This document shows positions 1-5,728 of a stretch of DNA of 13,516 nt, piece after piece. The translations under genes were made by a program, and so were the position numbers. How positions within the stretch are numbered: position 1 is the first letter of the stretch; each line of letters opens with the position of its first letter. Under the pieces are notes generated by a model that was given only the letters and a program-made list of their open reading frames with translations, did not search any database and had not been told where the DNA came from. The stretch is from a virus (taxonomy: Duplodnaviria; Heunggongvirae; Uroviricota; Caudoviricetes), in IMG/VR virus record IMGVR_UViG_2724679226_000002, positions 64,001 through 77,516 of that record; one strand, 5' to 3'.

Positions 1-2
1 AG

Positions 3-32
3 AGTGCTTTAAGACAAGCAGGGCTACTATAG
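3..32 (+). CDS. hicA: HicA-family mRNA interferase toxin, 3' end only (partial)
   Basis: Frame starting at 3 reads SALRQAGLL-stop (TAG 30-32), matching the typical HicA C-terminus (SILKQAGL) and lying directly before a HicB-like gene. Confidence 0.7.
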   Translation, partial: SALRQAGLL

Positions 33-40
33 CCTTGCTT
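16..40 (+). other. Stem-loop over the hicA stop codon
   Basis: AAGCAGGGCTA (16-26) / loop CTA / TAGCCTTGCTT (30-40), 11 bp with one G-U pair; no long U-tract follows. Confidence 0.55.
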
Positions 41-71
41 GTACCTCAAAAAATAAAAAAGGAGGGATTTT

Positions 72-506
72 ATGGACGTAACTTACCCAGCGATTATAAC
101 AAAAGAGGAGGGACTTTTTTACATATGTTTTCCTGATGTTGTTTTAAATGAGGATGACAAAGGACAGGAATATATTTTATATTCAACATATGGAGAAAGT
201 TTAGAGCATGCAATAGAAATGGGGAAAGAATGGCTAACTCTAGCTCTTGAGGAATACGAGGAGGAGAAAAAAGAGTTTCCAAAACCTAGCTCTATTGAAG
301 AAATAAAAAAGAATATAAAAAATAATCAGGAAGTAGTTTATTTGACAATGAATTATGAATACGAAAAATCTTTGATTAGGGTATCATATGTCAAAAAAAC
401 GTTAACTATTCCAAACCATTTAAATATTCTTGCACAAAATAAAAATATAAACTTTTCCCAAGTTCTACAAAAGGCTTTAAAGAAAGAGCTTGGGATAAGA
501 GATTAA
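72..506 (+). CDS. hicB: HicB-family antitoxin with C-terminal ribbon-helix-helix domain
   Basis: N-terminus YPAII...FYICFPD...GESLEHAIEMGKEWL...FPKPS is HicB-like; C-terminus KKTLTIP...NINFSQVLQKAL is RHH-like; SD GGAGGG upstream. Confidence 0.88.
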   Translation: MDVTYPAIITKEEGLFYICFPDVVLNEDDKGQEYILYSTYGESLEHAIEMGKEWLTLALEEYEEEKKEFPKPSSIEEIKKNIKNNQEVVYLTMNYEYEKSLIRVSYVKKTLTIPNHLNILAQNKNINFSQVLQKALKKELGIRD

Positions 507-538
507 AGAAGCGAGAGAGAATCTTGCTTCTTTTTTTT
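505..538 (+). terminator. Intrinsic terminator after hicB
   Basis: AAAGAAGCGAGA (505-516) / TCTTGCTTCTTT (522-533), with T8 at 531-538. Confidence 0.85.
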
Positions 539-556
539 ATTTTTTTAAAAAAGTTG

Positions 557-585
557 TTGACATATATTTGAATATGGTGTATACT
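557..585 (+). promoter_or_regulatory. Near-consensus sigma70 promoter of the accessory operon
   Basis: TTGACA (557-562), 17-bp spacer, TATACT (580-585); A/T tract upstream could act as an UP element. Confidence 0.9.
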
Positions 586-593
586 ATATTCAA
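568..593. promoter_or_regulatory. Inverted repeat (putative operator) across the -10 box
   Basis: TTGAATATGGT (568-578) / ACTATATTCAA (583-593); the 8-bp core arms TTGAATAT/ATATTCAA are perfect. Confidence 0.65.
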
Positions 594-620
594 GAAAAGA
601 GATTAAAAGGAGTGGTAAAA

Positions 621-827
621 ATGACAAGGACAGAAATTTTAAAGGAAATGAATAGATTGGCTAACATGCTTCAAGAGTTGGACGGAGACCACAAGGTCGA
701 AAGAACAATCAGCGAAGGTATGGAAGTTATGAAATTTACGCTAAACCTTAATTATAGCGTAAGCTATGATAAGGACGAAGCTTTAGAAGTTGCAGAAACA
801 ATCAATGAAGATTGTTTCCAATATTAA
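621..827 (+). CDS. Small acidic hypothetical protein (68 aa)
   Basis: SD AGGAG (608-612) is 8 nt before ATG 621, which is preferred over GTG 612; first gene behind the strong promoter; 15 D/E versus 7 K/R. Confidence 0.8.
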   Translation: MTRTEILKEMNRLANMLQELDGDHKVERTISEGMEVMKFTLNLNYSVSYDKDEALEVAETINEDCFQY

Positions 828-843
828 GAAAGGAGGAAACTTT

Positions 844-1263
844 ATGAAAGAAGCGAGAATATGGAGAAGAGGAAATAGCGTTGTAAGCAAAACGCCTTAC
901 AACGAAGAATTTATAAATTTTGCTAGAGAACAAAAAGCAAAATGGAACTCTAGTGAAAAAACTTGGATTTTCGCAGATACAGATTTAGAATCTGTAAAAG
1001 CGGAAATGGAAAAATATTTTGATGTTGTAGTTGGAAAAATCCAATTACACGATGAAGGAAACTTTGCCATTCTAAGAGAAGAAAAACATGAATGGCAAGA
1101 ATTGAGCAAGGAGTTACAAAACTACTTGCTAGAAAGAGCAAAGCCGAGAGAAAAAAACGGCAAGCTCGAAATAAGTTTTGGAATGAGCATTGGGTTAAAA
1201 GTCAATGCGACCAAAACAGAAAATGGATTTACAATAGACGATACTGCTATTGTAAATGAATAA
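844..1263 (+). CDS. Hypothetical protein (139 aa), N-terminal HARP/DUF5710-like pattern
   Basis: SD AGGAGG before ATG 844 (the track start 790 overlaps the previous gene). TPYNEEFI...KWN...KTWIF resembles the HARP-like PY-x-WD-x-W pattern; the domain call is by eye. Confidence 0.7.
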   Translation: MKEARIWRRGNSVVSKTPYNEEFINFAREQKAKWNSSEKTWIFADTDLESVKAEMEKYFDVVVGKIQLHDEGNFAILREEKHEWQELSKELQNYLLERAKPREKNGKLEISFGMSIGLKVNATKTENGFTIDDTAIVNE

Positions 1264-1295
1264 AAAACTTTTAAAAAAATAAAGGAGTGAAGAAA

Positions 1296-1928
1296 ATGAA
1301 CACATTAAGTCAAAAAATAAAAGAATGCGAAGAAGCAATAAAGGATAAAAATCTTATCCTATTGGAATTGTATTGGAAAGCAGGGAAATTTCTATATTTC
1401 GAAGTACAAAAAGAAAAAGAATATCCTCTTTTCATTAAAGAAATAAAAAATCTAAAAGAAAAATTATCCAAAAGAGGATTGAATGTTAAAGAAATTAAAA
1501 ATTTTTTTCAAGAAGATGAAGCCTACAACAATCAAAGACTTCTTTTTTTCGAAATAAAACGAGTATTTGAAAAAGAAAATTTTATGAGAAAAACGAAAAT
1601 TAGAAAAACAATGATACATGAGTTTTCGCAAGAAGAACATTATCATTGGATTTATAGTAATAAAACAAAACATTACTATATGCCAAAACATTTTTGTTTA
1701 GACTATGAAGAGGCATATATAGTGGGAAATCATTTCGTAATCGACGACAAATGTTCACACAGAGAGTTGGCGGACGATATAAACGAAAAAAGTCTACTAA
1801 TTATGTGCTTAGTAGAGGATGTCGAAGAAATACATTGCAAACCCTACAGAATTTTCGTTGATTGCAAAGATAACGAAAATACAATCAAAGAAAAAGTAGA
1901 AGAAGCATTAAAATTTTTTAAAAACTAA
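1296..1928 (+). CDS. Hypothetical protein (210 aa), N-terminus resembling DUF1016_N (YhcG-like)
   Basis: SD AAAGGAG (1281-1287) is 8 nt before ATG 1296; LLELYWKAGK resembles the DUF1016_N LYW-x-IG motif; C-terminal half not recognised. Confidence 0.7.
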   Translation: MNTLSQKIKECEEAIKDKNLILLELYWKAGKFLYFEVQKEKEYPLFIKEIKNLKEKLSKRGLNVKEIKNFFQEDEAYNNQRLLFFEIKRVFEKENFMRKTKIRKTMIHEFSQEEHYHWIYSNKTKHYYMPKHFCLDYEEAYIVGNHFVIDDKCSHRELADDINEKSLLIMCLVEDVEEIHCKPYRIFVDCKDNENTIKEKVEEALKFFKN

Positions 1929-1965
1929 AAAAAGCCTACTTGGAAGTACCAGTTTCAAGTAGGCT
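1927..1965 (-). terminator. Minus-strand intrinsic terminator
   Basis: AGCCTACTTGGAA (1933-1945) / TTTCAAGTAGGCT (1953-1965); the A7 run at 1927-1933 gives a U-tract only on the minus strand. Confidence 0.75.
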
Positions 1966-1990
1966 ATATAAAAAATAGAGTGGTATCTCC
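1927..1990 (-). ncRNA. Putative ~65-nt antisense small RNA
   Basis: Bounded by a minus-strand promoter upstream and a minus-strand terminator downstream, with no SD-led ORF between them. Confidence 0.5.
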
Positions 1991-1996
1991 ATGTAT

Positions 1997-2025
1997 AGTA
2001 TAGCAAAAGAGGAGGGAAAAATCAA
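1997..2025 (-). promoter_or_regulatory. Minus-strand sigma70 promoter with extended -10
   Basis: Minus strand reads TTGATT (2025-2020), 17 bp, TATACT (2002-1997), with TG-n-TATACT (TG at 2005-2004). Confidence 0.6.
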
Positions 2026-2207
2026 TGGAAAATGGACATGGAGGAAAAAGGGAAGGAGCTGGAAGACCAAAAAGCTCAACGAAAATTTATAAAACAGTAA
2101 GACTTGAAAAAGACTTACTGGATAAAATCGAAAAAATAGAAGGGACCTTCACTAGTAAAATAGTGAGAGGTCTAGAATTACTTTTAGAAAAGGAGAAAAA
2201 ACAATGA
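2025..2207 (+). CDS. Small DNA-binding protein (60 aa): GGxRxGAGRP motif plus ribbon-helix-helix-like domain
   Basis: GGKREGAGRPK, then beta-strand YKTVRL, helix EKDLLDKIEK, turn GTF, helix TSKIVRGLELLLE; SD GAGGAGGG at 2009-2016. Confidence 0.75.
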   Translation: MENGHGGKREGAGRPKSSTKIYKTVRLEKDLLDKIEKIEGTFTSKIVRGLELLLEKEKKQ

Positions 2208-2785
2208 AAAAATTTAAATTAGAGGATAGAATAAAAAAAGAAGTCTATATGAATTTTTATGATTTACTTCTTGAATATTGCAAGAAGGGAAGAATAAAAA
2301 TGGAAGAAAAATATGGATATTTAGGAGAAGGAGATAAAGTTTATCTTGAAAAAATAAACTTTATTTATAATGAATGCTTCTGTAACAAGGAATTTGATTC
2401 TGCAAGAAAAGTTGCAGACATAACAAGTTATGTCTGTTTTCATGGGAATAATTATATTATGCCCGTGTTAAGACTTTTACTAGAAATCGAAAATCAAAGT
2501 GTTCGAAACGAATTATTCAAGCACTTTGGAGAAGTTTTGAAGAAAACAGAAGAGTTTGATAAAGAAAAAAACAAACTCTTAATCATAAACGGTTGGGAAG
2601 GAACTACCAACCAAATATCAAGAAGAAACTATACAGCACTTCTTGAGTTTAAGAGAATTGTAGATTATACAATTACTCAAAAGGAACTAGATTATTCTGT
2701 AGTTCCAAATATCATGATAGAAAGAGAAATATTTACTAATGAGAGTAAAGATTTTATCGCTATGACAATTAGAGAAGAATTTTAA
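2204..2785 (+). CDS. Hypothetical protein (193 aa)
   Basis: Long ORF coupled to the previous gene by an ATGA overlap (2204-2207) and followed by a terminator; no family recognised. Confidence 0.75.
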   Translation: MKKFKLEDRIKKEVYMNFYDLLLEYCKKGRIKMEEKYGYLGEGDKVYLEKINFIYNECFCNKEFDSARKVADITSYVCFHGNNYIMPVLRLLLEIENQSVRNELFKHFGEVLKKTEEFDKEKNKLLIINGWEGTTNQISRRNYTALLEFKRIVDYTITQKELDYSVVPNIMIEREIFTNESKDFIAMTIREEF

Positions 2786-2799
2786 TTATTCTATAGCTT

Positions 2800-2835
2800 A
2801 AGACTGTAAACAGAAATGTTTGCAGTCTTTTTTTT
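2800..2835 (+). terminator. Intrinsic terminator closing the accessory operon
   Basis: AAGACTGTAAACA (2800-2812) / GAAA loop / TGTTTGCAGTCTT (2817-2829), then a T-run to 2835. Confidence 0.9.
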
Positions 2836-2976
2836 ATTTTTTTTGAAAAAACAATATACTATTTTCGTCTTTTTTTATGTTTTTTTCTAAAAAAGCATAA
2901 AAAATGCAAAAAAATTAACAAAATTGTTAACCCTCATCTATTAGTAGAGAGCATAGTGCGAGGGAGGTGACTAAGA

Positions 2977-3927
2977 ATGAAAAAAAGATTGAAAGTGTTT
3001 GAAAGTGGTAATTATCCTCAAGGAAATTTTGAAGCAGACAGAGTGAAAGCTGTTTTTGAAAAAGTTGTAGATAAAATTCCGGGTATTTTTGCTCATAGCT
3101 CACATTGGGCAAAGAAAGAAGAAGAACCTGTTTCAGTTGGAGAATTCTCTAATTTCGAACTTTTAAATAAAAATGGAAAGTTGGTTGTATTTGGAGATGT
3201 GGAATTCAATGAAAAAGGAGCAGGATACTACAATGACAAGATTTTGGAGGGAGTATCTGTAGAAATAGATCCTAAGACAAATACTTTACACAAAATTGCA
3301 GTATTGCCAAAGGGTGTAAAACCACAGGTTGCAGGAGCGGAATTTGAGTTAAAAGAAGATGAACTACAAGGGATTTATTTACAATTTGAAGAATTTGAGG
3401 AGGAAAAAATGACACTAGAACAAATTATGGCAACATTCCCAGTTCTTTCTTTAGATGATAGAGCAAAATTAATCAATAGTTTGGTTTCGACTGTTACTGA
3501 CGAAGAAAGAAGCGGAATGAGAAAACTTATGGAATGGGAAAAAGTAGAAGCAATTCAAGTAGAACCGAAAGTTCCGAAAACAGAAGATGAAATTCGAGCA
3601 GAAATCACAGCTCAAATGGAATTTGAAGCAAAAAGAAATCAATTGATTGAAAAGGCAAAAGCAAAATTCACACCAGCACAACAAGAATTTATTGAATTTG
3701 CATTAAAGAAAGCAGGAGAAGAAAGAGCAATTGTTTTGGAATTTGAATCTAATGGAAAGAAAGAAAATATGTCTTATTTTGAAAGATTTGAAAAAGCGAT
3801 AGAAACAATGGAAGACGCTGCTAATTTTACAAGCAAGACAAAAGAATTAGAATTTGAAAACAAAGAAGAAAAAACAGATATGATGAAGCAAGCTTATGAT
3901 AGAACAAAAGCTAGATTTTCAAAGTAA
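2977..3927 (+). CDS. Prohead protease/scaffold protein (Mu gpI-like arrangement)
   Basis: First gene of the head block; globular N-terminal domain (LKVFESGNYPQG...GVSVEI) and acidic coiled-coil C-terminal half; SD GGAGGTG. Confidence 0.65.
   Translation: MKKRLKVFESGNYPQGNFEADRVKAVFEKVVDKIPGIFAHSSHWAKKEEEPVSVGEFSNFELLNKNGKLVVFGDVEFNEKGAGYYNDKILEGVSVEIDPKTNTLHKIAVLPKGVKPQVAGAEFELKEDELQGIYLQFEEFEEEKMTLEQIMATFPVLSLDDRAKLINSLVSTVTDEERSGMRKLMEWEKVEAIQVEPKVPKTEDEIRAEITAQMEFEAKRNQLIEKAKAKFTPAQQEFIEFALKKAGEERAIVLEFESNGKKENMSYFERFEKAIETMEDAANFTSKTKELEFENKEEKTDMMKQAYDRTKARFSK
3409..3927 (+). CDS. Putative internally initiated scaffold protein (172 aa)
   Basis: In-frame ATG 3409 (codon 145) with GGAGG at 3399-3403, at the start of the helical half. 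Confidence 0.55.
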   Translation: MTLEQIMATFPVLSLDDRAKLINSLVSTVTDEERSGMRKLMEWEKVEAIQVEPKVPKTEDEIRAEITAQMEFEAKRNQLIEKAKAKFTPAQQEFIEFALKKAGEERAIVLEFESNGKKENMSYFERFEKAIETMEDAANFTSKTKELEFENKEEKTDMMKQAYDRTKARFSK

Positions 3928-3939
3928 TAGGAGGAAAAG

Positions 3940-4041
3940 ATGACAAAAATAGGAGTTTTAATGTTTGTGTTAGCGGTAATTGGAACTGCTGCACATTTTT
4001 GGAACAAAAAACATAACGAAAGAAAAGGAGGGAAAAAATAA
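3940..4041 (+). CDS. Small single-pass membrane peptide (33 aa), not in the ORF track
   Basis: SD GGAGGA (3930-3935); MTKIGVLMFVLAVIGTAAHFWNKKHNERKGGKK; its stop overlaps the next start (TAATG at 4039-4043). Confidence 0.75.
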   Translation: MTKIGVLMFVLAVIGTAAHFWNKKHNERKGGKK

Positions 4042-4391
4042 TGGCTAAATATGAAAGAAAAGAAAAAGAGTTAGCACAAATTGTAGAAGATACTCTTACT
4101 ATAGCTGGAGTAGTGAAGCAAGATGAAGATGTGGATCTTTATTCTTTAGTTGCATACAATCATTCAGAAGAAAAATGGGTTAAGTTTGTTAAAGAAACAC
4201 ATAAAACTGGTTTTGCAATAGCGATGGTTAAAAAAGAAAAAGGAACAGAATTTGACAATACTGGAAAGGACGATGTAGTTCCATTATTAAAAATTGGAAT
4301 TGTAAATAAAGAGGTAGTAAAAAAGGCATTTTCAGAATTAGATGAAGAAACAGTAGGAATTTGTTTGGCACAAGGATTAGCAATTCTTTAA
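4041..4391 (+). CDS. Probable head decoration protein (116 aa)
   Basis: Size and position between scaffold and major capsid genes; beta-rich small protein; synteny-based call. Confidence 0.55.
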   Translation: MAKYERKEKELAQIVEDTLTIAGVVKQDEDVDLYSLVAYNHSEEKWVKFVKETHKTGFAIAMVKKEKGTEFDNTGKDDVVPLLKIGIVNKEVVKKAFSELDEETVGICLAQGLAIL

Positions 4392-4410
4392 TAAGAAAAG
4401 GAGGAAATGA

Positions 4411-5385
4411 ATGTTAACAGAAAGACAAAAAGAATACATTGGGGTATATGCAGCAATTCCAAGTCCTAATATGTTTTACTGGGATTTGTTTAGAGAAGCA
4501 AGAGAGGCATATTTGGGACTAGGAGAAACAATCAATTTAAATGAAGTTATGGCAGAAATGAAGGAAGCAGGAATTGTACCAAGAGATACAGAATTACCAC
4601 CTATGACAATAAATGGAAATGTAGCAGTTTCTATCACTCCTGACATCGTTGGAAACTCTGTTGGAATCTCTGCATTAGATTCTATCAATGCGAACAGAAC
4701 AGATACTGTAGTGGTAAATGGGCAACAAATGACAGCTTCTCAATATGATGTTGAGAACAAAACTATGACTTTGAAGAATTCTATTTGCAATACAACAAAT
4801 AGAATGGCCGCACAAGCTTTGCTGACTGGAAAAGTGAAATGTGCAGGAAATCAAGAAGTTGACATGAAGTTGCCGAAAGATGTTGAAGTAAACAGTAAAC
4901 CAAAATCTTGGGTAACTTTCTTTGTAGAAAAAATCAACGATTATCAAATTGAAACTGGATATATGCCAAGCTACATTTTGGTAGGATCTAAAATTGCAGC
5001 AGAACTAATTACAGAAATTCAAAATACAAAAGCAAGTTTATTGGCTGCAAAAGTAGAAAAGAAAGGACAATCTGCAATTATCAATATCAATGGAGTTTTA
5101 AGTGAAATTAGAACTTTACCACCTGCGATTGGATATACAAATTTAATCAAAGAAACAGAAGATAAAGTTTTCCTTATTAACAATATGAGCTTAGTTCCAT
5201 TATATGCAGGATTGGAATTTGTAGGAGATACAAATAATCCTGAAATGATGAGAGGAGATGTGTTTGTTGATAAAGGAGATGTCAATAAGCAAACAGGTAG
5301 AGCTACTTTGTTTGCAAAATCTGCTCCATTCCCAGCTATCGCATTACCTAAATTGATTAAAGTTTATAAAGTTACTTTAGGATAA
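4411..5385 (+). CDS. Major capsid protein (lambda gpE / phage capsid E-like)
   Basis: 324 aa, strong SD GGAGG, canonical position; FYWDLF...GIVPRDTELPP...TTNRMAAQALLTG...SAPFP pattern resembles capsid E family proteins. Confidence 0.8.
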   Translation: MLTERQKEYIGVYAAIPSPNMFYWDLFREAREAYLGLGETINLNEVMAEMKEAGIVPRDTELPPMTINGNVAVSITPDIVGNSVGISALDSINANRTDTVVVNGQQMTASQYDVENKTMTLKNSICNTTNRMAAQALLTGKVKCAGNQEVDMKLPKDVEVNSKPKSWVTFFVEKINDYQIETGYMPSYILVGSKIAAELITEIQNTKASLLAAKVEKKGQSAIININGVLSEIRTLPPAIGYTNLIKETEDKVFLINNMSLVPLYAGLEFVGDTNNPEMMRGDVFVDKGDVNKQTGRATLFAKSAPFPAIALPKLIKVYKVTLG

Positions 5386-5389
5386 TTTT

Positions 5390-5728
5390 ATGACTAAGGA
5401 TTTTTTAGAGCGATATAGCGAAAATGTTCAACTTTTTTTAAAAGAAGAATATGGGAAAGAAGTAGAGAAAAAACTTGAAGATATGCGAAAAGAAGCGGAT
5501 TTCTTAATAGATACCTACGGAATTGATGTGAAGAGCATTAAAGAAACGAATTTGGAACTATTACGAGATTTGCATGCTGATTTTCGTGTATATACAAGAA
5601 TGGCAAATGAAGAATTAGCAAGAGATGCAAAACAAGAATTTTATGACTTGTTGGATGCATATAAAGAAACGTTGGATAAGAAATCAGACACCAGCAATGC
5701 TGGGAAAGGAATTATGGTGTTTCTATGA
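5390..5728 (+). CDS. Probable head-tail adaptor (Mu gp36/DUF1320-like)
   Basis: 112-aa helical protein right after the capsid gene; EADFLIDTY...RVYTRM...FYDLLD pattern. Confidence 0.5.
   Translation: MTKDFLERYSENVQLFLKEEYGKEVEKKLEDMRKEADFLIDTYGIDVKSIKETNLELLRDLHADFRVYTRMANEELARDAKQEFYDLLDAYKETLDKKSDTSNAGKGIMVFL

Noticed and set aside
1950-1959. TTGAAAC on the minus strand of the sRNA hairpin, resembling the ATTGAAAC end of type I-B/III CRISPR repeats (Racr-like idea)
   Set aside because: Only a 7-nt match inside a terminator stem, with no repeat-length similarity that I can show; needs comparison with the host's actual repeats.
1936-1992. 18-codon minus-strand ORF MEIPLYFLYSLLETGTSK within the sRNA
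   Set aside because: The ATG lies only 4 nt after the -10 box, probably upstream of the transcription start, and has no SD.
1991-2092. 33-codon plus-strand ORF (MYSIAKEEGK...) preceded by GAGTGG and overlapping the RHH gene out of frame
   Set aside because: Weak SD and its sequence is explained by the RHH gene and the antisense promoter; kept only as an alternative explanation for GAGTGGTA at 1978-1985.
2843-2860. TTGAAA (2843-2848) and TATACT (2855-2860) as a head-operon promoter
   Set aside because: Spacer is only 6 bp; no -35 at the right distance and no extended -10.
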